Of a DNA stretch of 63,515 nucleotides, positions 24,110 through 32,761 are shown in pieces. Both the position numbers and the translations under genes were made by a program. The notes beneath the pieces were generated by a model. That model did no database searches, had not been told where the DNA came from, and saw nothing but the letters and a program-made list of their open reading frames with translations. Numbering within the stretch: the stretch's first letter is position 1; every line of letters starts with the position of its first letter. The DNA comes from a virus. The DNA is taken from IMG/VR virus record IMGVR_UViG_3300029258_001393, positions 1 through 63,515 of that record; one strand, given 5' to 3'.

Positions 24110-25255
24110 TTAATTTCGCGTAGCTGCATATGATACTGCTCGGCGCGTGTAATTATCATTTCGTATTGCCAGAATTACATCAGCGCGCACACAAACATGC
24201 CCATCGGCTCCAATTTTTTTCATGACCTCAGCGGCAAATCTATTTGTTTCCGTGTGACAATTCCCGGCGTCATAACTGTCTTCAACCGATACCCATATCT
24301 TTTCAGGCATATCGATTTTAACTTTTTCTGCTCGGCGTTTGCGAAATGCTGCAATAGCATTTTTTACGCAATTTTTTGCATATTTAACTGTTTGAATTTC
24401 GGGTAAATGATATTGTTCTCCGAAGCCGTCAACCAGCATCAAAGACTTTTCTTCCCTGTCATAATCAACACTCAGGATTCCCGGCACATGCGCAGATAAA
24501 ATTCGGCGCTGAATGTGGACTGGAAATTTAGCTGTTTTCGGCGTTGCAATTCTTCGGCGTTGTGGTTCTTCTTTTCCGATTTTGATATAATTTTGGGTTA
24601 CATATACAGTATGCCTATTATGATCAGCGTCAACATAATACATACTATAATTATTTCCATGATTTACGGGAGAAATCAGAGTATAATCAGCGTAGTAATC
24701 ATAGTGGGTCCATTTACCACCCCAAGGGTTTTGGCCCCGGTCATAACTTTCTGTGCGCATTCCAGGCGATAAGCATGAGTCTCCACAATGTGTCCGTTTT
24801 TTTCGGCCAAAATCGCAGACGCTATAAGAGTGTTTTTCAATTTCATCCATTTCAACCAATTCACCACGATTTTTTTCGGCAACCCTGACAAATTTCTGCA
24901 TCCTCGGAAAATCAGAACAATAATTGACATAATGAGCACGCACATAAACAGGCTTTTCTTGCAATCGTTTCATCTCTCGGTTGGCAGGATGTTGCAGAAT
25001 TAACAGACGATTCTCGGCTGACAGATATCTCGGCAATCGTTTCATTCCGACATATCGTGCTAACAGTCGTCGCTCGTGGTCCTTTGCAATCCACTGCTCT
25101 TGTGTTGTTTGTCTGTACCAGAGGTCGGGTTTTGGTTCATCAAATACACTGGCAGTGTTTGCCATGATATATTTTTTTGCTCCGGTGTAGGTTTTTGCAG
25201 TGCTACCAGCATTTTGAGCAGCGTCAATAACCGATTGTTTTGTTTTGTATTTCAT
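24110..25255 (-). CDS. hypothetical protein (381 aa), first gene of the reverse-oriented cassette
   Basis: AAGGAGGG SD and a consensus promoter upstream. No recognisable family. Confidence 0.65.
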   Translation of the reverse strand: MKYKTKQSVIDAAQNAGSTAKTYTGAKKYIMANTASVFDEPKPDLWYRQTTQEQWIAKDHERRLLARYVGMKRLPRYLSAENRLLILQHPANREMKRLQEKPVYVRAHYVNYCSDFPRMQKFVRVAEKNRGELVEMDEIEKHSYSVCDFGRKKRTHCGDSCLSPGMRTESYDRGQNPWGGKWTHYDYYADYTLISPVNHGNNYSMYYVDADHNRHTVYVTQNYIKIGKEEPQRRRIATPKTAKFPVHIQRRILSAHVPGILSVDYDREEKSLMLVDGFGEQYHLPEIQTVKYAKNCVKNAIAAFRKRRAEKVKIDMPEKIWVSVEDSYDAGNCHTETNRFAAEVMKKIGADGHVCVRADVILAIRNDNYTRRAVSYAATRN

Positions 25256-25291
25256 GTCAATCCCTCCTTGTTAATTGTTAATCTTAATTAC

Positions 25292-25320
25292 AATATAATA
25301 TTTGTTTTAATGTTTGTCAA
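25292..25320 (-). promoter_or_regulatory. near-consensus sigma70-type promoter of the reverse cassette
   Basis: Minus strand reads TTGACA (25320-25315), 17 nt, TATATT (25297-25292). Confidence 0.6.
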
Positions 25321-25452
25321 GGCTTTTTTTAAAAAAAAGTGAAATAAAATAAAAATAATTTCAAAAGCCATATATTTTTTTATGATTTTTACCATTTCAT
25401 AAATACCACTCTATAAAGTCCACACCATGAAAGTCCACTCTATGTCTACCAT

Positions 25453-25480
25453 TTGACAGCGATTTCTTTAATAATATAAG
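25453..25480 (+). promoter_or_regulatory. candidate promoter in front of the packaging operon
   Basis: TTGACA (25453-25458), 16 nt, TATAAG (25475-25480). The -35 overlaps an operator-like ACCATTTG half-site. Confidence 0.4.
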
Positions 25481-25990
25481 ATGCATATTGTTATGAAAAC
25501 CCCGAAGAATGCTCTCGAAGCAATTGGCAATCCAATACACCAGGTGTTCCGGGAAAATGGGATTACAGCCGAGTATTTAGTTAAAAAATTAAAGAAAGAA
25601 TTGAACGCGGAAAAAACCGTGTTTCAGAAAGTAAAAGGATCGGCAGAAATTCCATTGACCCCTACAGGAAAACCCAAGAAAGGGTTAAAGATTGTCACAA
25701 CAACGGGCTTAATTGAGAAACGATTCGTTGATGGCGAAACAGAAAAGGAGTTTACCGACGGTGAAACAGTAATTGCAATCAATATGACCGATTGGACGAC
25801 TCGGCAGAAAGCCAGGATGGATGCCCATAAGCTTAGAGGGGACTATCCGTCTGAGAAACATGAAGTCAGTTTGATCGATACTCCAATACTTAACGCTATT
25901 ATAAAGATGGTTGAGGACGCGAAAGGGCCTGAATACGCTGAAACCTTTAAGGAGGCATTAATAAAGAATGCTGCAGGCGATTCAAAATAA
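25481..25990 (+). CDS. candidate terminase small subunit
   Basis: 169 aa, directly upstream of and overlapping the large terminase gene. Call rests on position only. Confidence 0.4.
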   Translation: MHIVMKTPKNALEAIGNPIHQVFRENGITAEYLVKKLKKELNAEKTVFQKVKGSAEIPLTPTGKPKKGLKIVTTTGLIEKRFVDGETEKEFTDGETVIAINMTDWTTRQKARMDAHKLRGDYPSEKHEVSLIDTPILNAIIKMVEDAKGPEYAETFKEALIKNAAGDSK

Positions 25991-27575
25991 TTCTCTTCCC
26001 GAAAACCCGTTAGACCTGGCCGATATGTTGCGCGGACAGATCACACCCGACGCTATTTCCTCACTTCATGTTGTAAAACCATTTCACGAATGGGTGGACG
26101 GAATCACATTAGATGGCCGTCAATTCACATACAAAAACCACGAATACCTCAGAGAACCCTACCAAGACGCCCACATCGATCAGACAGAGCTCAAAGCAAC
26201 ACAAATGGGCCTAACCTCAAAGGCTATGCTCCGGGTGATGTATGGCGCCAGGTACGGCAATTACCGTGGCATTTTATATCTCTTCCCGTCTAAATCTGAT
26301 GTGACCGACTTCTCTAAGGGTCGAATAAATGCCCTGATTGATGATAACCCGGAAATAGAGTCATGGCTCAAAGACACGGACTCTGCGAACATAAAACGGG
26401 TGTGGAATTCATTTCTCTATCTCCGGGGCATGAAATCAAGAGTCGGCTTGAAGTCTATTCCTGTTGATTTTATCGTGTTTGACGAGCTTGACGAAGCGCC
26501 ACAAAAAGCCGTTGATATGGCATATGAGCGTATGGCTCATAGTGAATTCAAGGAACAACTCAAACTATCCAATCCAACCCTGCCGGATTACGGTGTCGAT
26601 AAGTTCTTCCAACAGACAGATCAAAAGTACTGGCTGTTAAAATGCCCCAAATGTAATCACTATACGGACTTGGTGGGGACATTCCCGAAAGAAGCAAACA
26701 AGGATGTACCTACAATCATCGAACACAAAGGGCGCGTGATCCGGGCGTGTGAGAAGTGCCATGCGGAGTTAAATCCTTCAGTTGGCCAGTGGGTCGCCAA
26801 GCATCCAAGCATAACCGATAAGCGGGGATATCAGTATTCTCAGTTGTGGTCTCACTTTGTTGATCCTGCTGAAATCCTACATATGTACCGCACCACTGAC
26901 AATCTAACGGATTTATTCAACCTGAAGATTGGTATTGCCTGGGTGGAAGCCGAGAATCGGTTGAGCGTTCAGGATTCATTACGACTATGCGCTGATCATG
27001 GCATTGAGAACCAAGATCCCGGGCCGTGCTTCATGGGCGTTGATCAGGGGAAGGATCTGCATGTTGTCATTGGTAAGCGATGCCCAGGCGAAGAAGATAA
27101 AATAATCCATATTGGTGTTTACCGTGATTGGGAAGAGCTGGACCGTTTAATGGACAATTTTAATGTGTCCCGGTGCGTTGTGGATGCACTCCCGGAAACA
27201 CGGAACGCCAGGGAGTTTGCGAAGAAACATAAAGACCGTGTGTGGTTGAGCTATTACAACATTCACCAGAAGGGATCATACGCCTGGAATGACAAAGAGT
27301 TTATCGTTGCGAGTAATAGAACCGAGAGCCTTGACGCTTCGCATAAACAGATATCCAATCGAAAGATAATCCTGCCACGGGAGAATGACATGGTGCGGAT
27401 GTTTGCCGAGCAATTACACAATGTCGCTAAGAAGCTGGAAGAGGATGAGGAAACAGGGTCAAAGCGATATGTTTATATCAAGCTCGGACCGGATCATTTC
27501 AGACATGCGTTTAACTATGAGACCATGGCAAGGCAGTTTGGGGCGGGTTTCTTTGGGGAGTGTGATTTGACATGA
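25968..27575 (+). CDS. terL: terminase large subunit (GpA-like)
   Basis: KATQMGLTS Walker-A-like, VDFIVFDELDE Walker B, Zn-ribbon CPKCNH...CEKCH. Confidence 0.75.
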   Translation: MLQAIQNNSLPENPLDLADMLRGQITPDAISSLHVVKPFHEWVDGITLDGRQFTYKNHEYLREPYQDAHIDQTELKATQMGLTSKAMLRVMYGARYGNYRGILYLFPSKSDVTDFSKGRINALIDDNPEIESWLKDTDSANIKRVWNSFLYLRGMKSRVGLKSIPVDFIVFDELDEAPQKAVDMAYERMAHSEFKEQLKLSNPTLPDYGVDKFFQQTDQKYWLLKCPKCNHYTDLVGTFPKEANKDVPTIIEHKGRVIRACEKCHAELNPSVGQWVAKHPSITDKRGYQYSQLWSHFVDPAEILHMYRTTDNLTDLFNLKIGIAWVEAENRLSVQDSLRLCADHGIENQDPGPCFMGVDQGKDLHVVIGKRCPGEEDKIIHIGVYRDWEELDRLMDNFNVSRCVVDALPETRNAREFAKKHKDRVWLSYYNIHQKGSYAWNDKEFIVASNRTESLDASHKQISNRKIILPRENDMVRMFAEQLHNVAKKLEEDEETGSKRYVYIKLGPDHFRHAFNYETMARQFGAGFFGECDLT

Positions 27576-28318
27576 GAGAACACTACCCAAGCATAATCCA
27601 AGCCCGGCGTGACAGCATCGAAGAGACCCAGGCGCGTAAAGATTGGGCGATTGTCACCGGGCAAAAGGAAGTCCCGAAGCCGACGTATTATGAGAATATC
27701 GAGACCGGCGAAAAGTATTACCACATTGCCGGGGCAATCGGCTGGCCATGGGAAAGCATACCCGGCTATGCCATGGTTATAGGTGTCAATAAGACAGACG
27801 ATGGATTGTGCCGGATGACAATCCTTGAAGAGATCGAAGATTCGAATGTTCCGAGATTGCTTTTGCGTTGTGTGGGCCTCCGGGAAAAATACGGATACTG
27901 GGATAGCTCCGAGCTGATGCGGTATTTCTTCGGAGATGACACCCGATACACTCCTATTACGTTGAATATCTGTTTTAAACTCCGGGAGAAGGACGGTTAT
28001 GGTGACGGCCATGGCTTTTGGATCTACTCCCCGGATGATTTCTATGAAAAGGACCATTTTGAAACGTATGTTAGACAGGTACTTGCGGCGCTGACAAAGG
28101 ATGAGACCGGACATAAGATGTTAATCATCGGCCAGAACGAGAAGATCCGAAACCACATCCAAACATTATCAAACGATTCGGTCACACGGTTAGAGATGCG
28201 ACAGAGAGCAAAGGAATATCCGGCCATGTTCGCTTTGGGCGGATTGGTTCACACGTTGTTGCAGCGCAAGCCGTGGCTGGAGGGGTCCGGGGGCGAGGCG
28301 TTTAATTTGGAGTTTTAA
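27572..28318 (+). CDS. hypothetical protein (248 aa) coupled to terL
   Basis: ATGA overlap with the terL stop. No motif. Confidence 0.55.
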   Translation: MREHYPSIIQARRDSIEETQARKDWAIVTGQKEVPKPTYYENIETGEKYYHIAGAIGWPWESIPGYAMVIGVNKTDDGLCRMTILEEIEDSNVPRLLLRCVGLREKYGYWDSSELMRYFFGDDTRYTPITLNICFKLREKDGYGDGHGFWIYSPDDFYEKDHFETYVRQVLAALTKDETGHKMLIIGQNEKIRNHIQTLSNDSVTRLEMRQRAKEYPAMFALGGLVHTLLQRKPWLEGSGGEAFNLEF

Positions 28319-28333
28319 AAAAGGACTTAACCA

Positions 28334-28708
28334 ATGAATAAAAACATCATTTTAACATTCAGACAATTACAGAGCGATGGTTCATGGGCTGAGGATGCGG
28401 CAACTGTTAGTCTTGCTAAAGACGGAACGCTGACCTCTGACGCCGTTGATATCAGCCATACGAGTGGGATCATTCAAATTCAGATTTCTCATGCGTCCGA
28501 TGGAGCGGCGACAGTTACCGGGGAAATATTAGAGTCAGTCGATGGAGTAACTTTTGTCGAAAACGCAACCGGGTTTGGTGATTCTATTGCGAAGGCTACG
28601 CCGACGATTTACTGTCACGATGCCAAGGCGAACCGGTTCATAAAGATCAAGATCACTGAGGATGATGTTGCGGCTACGGTTGTTACGCTGAGTTTAGCGA
28701 TTAGATAA
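28334..28708 (+). CDS. hypothetical structural protein (124 aa)
   Basis: AAGGA SD. Late operon. Confidence 0.5.
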   Translation: MNKNIILTFRQLQSDGSWAEDAATVSLAKDGTLTSDAVDISHTSGIIQIQISHASDGAATVTGEILESVDGVTFVENATGFGDSIAKATPTIYCHDAKANRFIKIKITEDDVAATVVTLSLAIR

Positions 28709-28755
28709 TAGTGAGTTAAAGAGTTCTGCTAACCAACTAACGAAGGAGATTTAAG

Positions 28756-30111
28756 ATGGCAGCTTTAGACGACAAAGTTTTAACGGCAATGGGGAACTAT
28801 GCGTACTTTGATGTTTATGATGAAGACGACTTGAGTTCCGATGATAACCGGGGATTAGCGACGCAGCAGAGCATTAAAGCCTATGTTGATGCTGGTGGCG
28901 ACGGTTTTACATTCGCAGATGCAGGAACAACCCCCAGTATTGTAACGGGAACCTATCAAAGTACGGCTGATGGCGGCGTAATTTTATCTTCTGACAATAC
29001 TTATAATGCCGCTTTCCTTGCCGATGATTCCGGGAGTAATATCGGTTGTAGTGTTAGGAATTTACTTGGCAGGCTCCTACTTACTGTTGATCAAAGCGGT
29101 GCTTCAATACGCGCATTAATGGGGCAGCTTAAGCTTCTGGACGGTGTTGATGTGGCAACCGGGATTTATACCGGTGTTCAGGGTTATCTGGAAATGGCTG
29201 GCACCCATGCCTGTAGTAGCGGAGCAACCTTTTCATGTTTTGATGCTTCGGCGGAGATTACGACAGCCTTAACCGTTGCTTCAGGTGGTGAATTCGCAGG
29301 GGTACACGTTGAGACAACTGGAGCCGGAACTATTACAAACAATGGAACATGCGCCGGTATCTTGATTGACAAGGCAGCGGGTGCCGCAAGCTGGCCCGAA
29401 GGTATCCTAATTGATGGTCCGTCCGTCATTATGGGTATGCGGATTGGCAAGTTTGCCGGAAGTGCGGCTACGACTTCGGCAGTAGTATTCTCGACAGATC
29501 AGGATGTTTATACGGACGGTCAACTTTCAACAATGGAAGTCCATGGGGCTACCAATACAGATTTGACAAGTGCGTATTGTGCTAAATGTGGACGATTTCG
29601 CCATGTTGTAAGCGGATCGTCTATGACAGCCGCCCATGAAACATACGGTCTAATGGGTCAAGTGGTTGTGAAAGGAACGACACTTACCCACCTTCATTCC
29701 GGTCTGATTGGTACGTTTGAAGGCCATACTTCCGGTGTTGTAGTGAATTCTGCCTACGACTTTGGAGCTTGTGGGGTTATGGCCAGGGTAGGCGGTGGAG
29801 CCGCAATTACGGCAACTACGGATGTGTGTGGTTTTGTTGCATTTTTAAACAGTCCTGCCATGGATAGTGGATCAGCCAATGCTATTGGCATTTGTGATGT
29901 CGGAACCGCTGCATGGACAAACGCAATTGCGATCAGTCGGGCAACCAACTTATTTGATCTTCCGGCTGCCGGTACAGATCCAGTAATTTCAAATGCGTTA
30001 GTTCCGGCCACTGCGCCTGATGCTGGAACAATGGGTGCGGATGCGTGTATTCGGGTACTGCTTAACGATGTGGCTTATTACATACCCCTGTATGATTCGC
30101 TGCATGGCTAA
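28756..30111 (+). CDS. abundant structural protein candidate (451 aa, Gly/Ala/Thr-rich)
   Basis: GAAGGAG SD and a strong hairpin terminator downstream. The N-terminal motif LATQQSIKAYVDAGG is seen in fibre or head-fibre proteins. Confidence 0.55.
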   Translation: MAALDDKVLTAMGNYAYFDVYDEDDLSSDDNRGLATQQSIKAYVDAGGDGFTFADAGTTPSIVTGTYQSTADGGVILSSDNTYNAAFLADDSGSNIGCSVRNLLGRLLLTVDQSGASIRALMGQLKLLDGVDVATGIYTGVQGYLEMAGTHACSSGATFSCFDASAEITTALTVASGGEFAGVHVETTGAGTITNNGTCAGILIDKAAGAASWPEGILIDGPSVIMGMRIGKFAGSAATTSAVVFSTDQDVYTDGQLSTMEVHGATNTDLTSAYCAKCGRFRHVVSGSSMTAAHETYGLMGQVVVKGTTLTHLHSGLIGTFEGHTSGVVVNSAYDFGACGVMARVGGGAAITATTDVCGFVAFLNSPAMDSGSANAIGICDVGTAAWTNAIAISRATNLFDLPAAGTDPVISNALVPATAPDAGTMGADACIRVLLNDVAYYIPLYDSLHG

Positions 30112-30122
30112 AATTGAATCAA

Positions 30123-30177
30123 GCGGGATAGGCGCAAGCCGATAAAGAGGACCTCACCTCTCCTCTTTCCCGCTTTT
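30123..30177 (+). terminator. rho-independent terminator-like nested hairpin
   Basis: GCGGGA...AAAGAGGA-cctcacctc-TCCTCTTT-CCCGC followed by TTTT. Confidence 0.5.
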
Positions 30178-30206
30178 CAAAAACGAGGTGAGAAAACGAG
30201 GTGGAT

Positions 30207-30518
30207 ATGGAATTGAATGTAAGAGAACGATTAATGCTGGTAAGTGTTTTACCTAAAGAAGGTGACATTACAACCCTGAAAATTATCCGCAAGTTGAGAG
30301 AAGACCTTTCGTTCAGCGAGGAAGAACACAAGGTTCTCAATTTCAAGCATCAAAACAATATGACGATTTGGGATGATGCGGTTGATGTTAAAAAAGAGAT
30401 CGAGATCGGAGAAAAGGCAACGGATGTGATAACCGAAGCCTTGGAAACACTTAGTAAAAACAAGAAACTCCATGAAGACCATTTGCCTTTATGGGAAATG
30501 TTTATAGAGAAAGATTAA
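30207..30518 (+). CDS. hypothetical protein (103 aa)
   Basis: GAGGTGG SD before ATG 30207. Confidence 0.5.
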   Translation: MELNVRERLMLVSVLPKEGDITTLKIIRKLREDLSFSEEEHKVLNFKHQNNMTIWDDAVDVKKEIEIGEKATDVITEALETLSKNKKLHEDHLPLWEMFIEKD

Positions 30519-30835
30519 TGACCCTAACCTTCTGGCAAATAATTACCATGCTTGGCGCCGGGGCCTTTATGACGGCCATGGGTGCTGTGATCACCGGCGT
30601 ACTTGTGTATAAAACCAAGTACGCCGGCCAATCAATGTTTCACGAGGAACACAAGCCCGAGGCGGAGGCGTTCACCGTTGATGACGATTTCACTGACAGT
30701 CTGCTTGAAACGTCTCCCCCGGAAAAGCAAGAAGATCCTGAAGAGGTCAAAGCGGCTAACGAGAAGTTTATTAAACAGTTTAACATGGATCGGATGATTA
30801 AAGAGGCGGAGAAATATGCCGAACCGAATGCGTAG
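30518..30835 (+). CDS. membrane-anchored acidic protein
   Basis: TAATG overlap. TM helix FWQIITMLGAGAFMTAMGAVITGVLVY. Confidence 0.5.
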   Translation: MTLTFWQIITMLGAGAFMTAMGAVITGVLVYKTKYAGQSMFHEEHKPEAEAFTVDDDFTDSLLETSPPEKQEDPEEVKAANEKFIKQFNMDRMIKEAEKYAEPNA

Positions 30836-31190
30836 CAGCTTGGAAACACCACAAGAAAGAGCAACAAGGGCACACGATGACTTCTTGGATGAAAGGGTGT
30901 TTCCAGCACAAAACATTAAGGTTCTTATCGATAAGGACCGGCTAAAAGAAGGATACCCGGCCTTTAAATTGTTCTTTGATGTTGGAATGTCGAAATCAAA
31001 AGGTGATGCCCGGCGATTAATCAACCAGGGTGGGGCTTATGTCAACGGTGAGCGGGTTAAATGTTTTGACCAGAAGATAACCCTTGATGATGTTGTTCAC
31101 GATCAGATCATACTCAGGGTTGGGAAGAAGCGGTATTTGACGGTTTATTTAAGTAAAAAAACGGAGGGGTTTAATGGTTTGGGACCTTGA
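30816..31190 (+). CDS. S4 RNA-binding domain protein resembling the TyrRS C-terminal domain
   Basis: MSKSKGDARRLINQGGAYVNGERV...ILRVGKKRY parallels the S4 domain at the C-terminus of bacterial tyrosyl-tRNA synthetase. Confidence 0.6.
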   Translation: MPNRMRSSLETPQERATRAHDDFLDERVFPAQNIKVLIDKDRLKEGYPAFKLFFDVGMSKSKGDARRLINQGGAYVNGERVKCFDQKITLDDVVHDQIILRVGKKRYLTVYLSKKTEGFNGLGP

Positions 31191-31755
31191 GGGGAAAAGA
31201 AAGAAAGCTTTAAAAACGTTCACAAATGATGACTTAGCGGGTGAGTTGGAGCGACGGAAGAGCGAGAAAATGCTTATATTTAAACAACAACTTAAAGAAA
31301 CTCAAAGATACGCAGAGAGATTAGCTGCTTCGGCCATTTTTGGCTTAGATGAACACAGTGATGCCAAACCAAAGGAAAAACCATTGCGAGAAATAAATAT
31401 GGGAACAAAACGTTTCACTTCTTTATGCGTTATGGATGAACCCGGCGATGGTGGTGCATGTCATAGATATAAAATAATGAAGACCAGGAATCCTAATGGT
31501 GGTATCTATGTACCGGAGCAATATGCAGATGTTAAGTTCCAGAAAGGCCCGGTCAAAGAGAACGGTGTCAACGGATGCTTCCAGGAAGACCTGATCGCCA
31601 TTGTGATTGATCGTCTTCAATGTTTTCAAGCCGGAGATTTCGCTTGCCGTGAAAATGCTTTGGCGTTGACGAAGTTGGAAGAGGCTTTGCATTGGCTGAA
31701 TCATCGGACTGCTGATCGACAGGCGCGGGGTGTTGAGGGGAAGAGTGAGTTATGA
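31174..31755 (+). CDS. conserved-looking phage protein (193 aa), function unknown
   Basis: Motif FQKGPVKENGVNGCFQEDLIAIVIDRLQCFQAGDFACRENALALTKLEEAL. I cannot assign a family. Confidence 0.55.
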   Translation: MVWDLEGKRKKALKTFTNDDLAGELERRKSEKMLIFKQQLKETQRYAERLAASAIFGLDEHSDAKPKEKPLREINMGTKRFTSLCVMDEPGDGGACHRYKIMKTRNPNGGIYVPEQYADVKFQKGPVKENGVNGCFQEDLIAIVIDRLQCFQAGDFACRENALALTKLEEALHWLNHRTADRQARGVEGKSEL

Positions 31756-32024
31756 TTCTTGACCAAAAATCCAAAGATGCCATAACTAAGATACTAATTT
31801 TAGCTTTTCATGAAACTGAAAATCCGGGGAGTATTCAGGAGACTACCCTTGATGGGGATTTGGCTAATTACATGGAAAAGGTTATGGCTAAATATCATGG
31901 CAAGCAATACAACGAAACTCTTCCTGTTGCCGGTGTTACTTGCAATATGTTTTATTGTAGAGTCCAATTTGTTTTGTCTCAAATTTTAGATGTTATTGAA
32001 AAGGTAGAACCATATGCCACTTGA
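31752..32024 (+). CDS. hypothetical protein (90 aa)
   Basis: ATGA overlap with the upstream gene. Confidence 0.5.
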   Translation: MILDQKSKDAITKILILAFHETENPGSIQETTLDGDLANYMEKVMAKYHGKQYNETLPVAGVTCNMFYCRVQFVLSQILDVIEKVEPYAT

Positions 32025-32472
32025 CGTAATATGCCCATGGTGCAGAGAATGTTATTTTGAGACCAATGATCAGGATAAGCGCTTTGAGCTTGATGATCGC
32101 GGTATTTTGTTTAGGAGTTTCCAGAAACCCAACTTCCGGGTAAGCGAATTCGTACAAAAGTACGATCCTAACCGCCCGGCCAATGCCGCTATGATTAGGT
32201 TAAAGGATGAATTCAAGGAACACATCGACGATATCCCCCATGATTGTGATTTAACGTCAGAGGGAATCGGGCCGTGTCCGGGTTGTGGTAATCCGCTGTC
32301 GAATGATAATTATACGTTTATCACCCGAGAGCAGGAAACCACAGCAATTATTGAAGAAACTGACGATTACGAAGGTACTGAATGCCGATACTGCGGTGAA
32401 CTATTTCCGACTTCAAAGGGTAGAATCATACATGAAAAACGATGGTGTAAAAAACGTCCAGATGCCGAGTGA
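32014..32472 (+). CDS. zinc-finger protein (CxxC pairs plus a C2H2-like finger)
   Basis: CPWCREC, CPGCG, CRYCGELFPTSKGRIIHEKRWC. Confidence 0.55.
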   Translation: MPLDVICPWCRECYFETNDQDKRFELDDRGILFRSFQKPNFRVSEFVQKYDPNRPANAAMIRLKDEFKEHIDDIPHDCDLTSEGIGPCPGCGNPLSNDNYTFITREQETTAIIEETDDYEGTECRYCGELFPTSKGRIIHEKRWCKKRPDAE

Positions 32473-32638
32473 AGCTTTCTCCCGGCGCTTGAATAATCTG
32501 ATAGCTAAATATTCCAAACAGCTGACCAAGGCCCATTTTAAGGGCATGACCGGGCCTGTCAATCTTGAAGTCAATATGACGCAGGGTATGATTAATAATG
32601 CTTATTTGATGCCTAAGAGGAAGTTGGAAATTGAATAA
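32462..32638 (+). CDS. hypothetical protein (58 aa; alternative start at 32432)
   Basis: Open frame overlapping the upstream stop. Start uncertain. Confidence 0.35.
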   Translation: MPSEAFSRRLNNLIAKYSKQLTKAHFKGMTGPVNLEVNMTQGMINNAYLMPKRKLEIE

Positions 32639-32643
32639 ATAAC

Positions 32644-32745
32644 ATAAACTCGGTTACCCCTTAACCCGGAAACGGGTATTACGCGGCCCGATAGAACGTG
32701 CAGAGTGCCACCTCCCACTCGTGCAGAGTTTTATCGGGCCTTTTT
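32644..32745 (+). promoter_or_regulatory. conserved intergenic element D (motif + small hairpin + terminator-like stem-loop)
   Basis: ATAAACTCGGTTACCCCTTAACCCGG, hairpin ACCCGG-aaa-CGGGT, then GGCCCGATA...TATCGGGCC followed by TTTTT, 17 nt before the portal ATG. Confidence 0.6.
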
Positions 32746-32761
32746 CGTTTGAGGACGTTGA

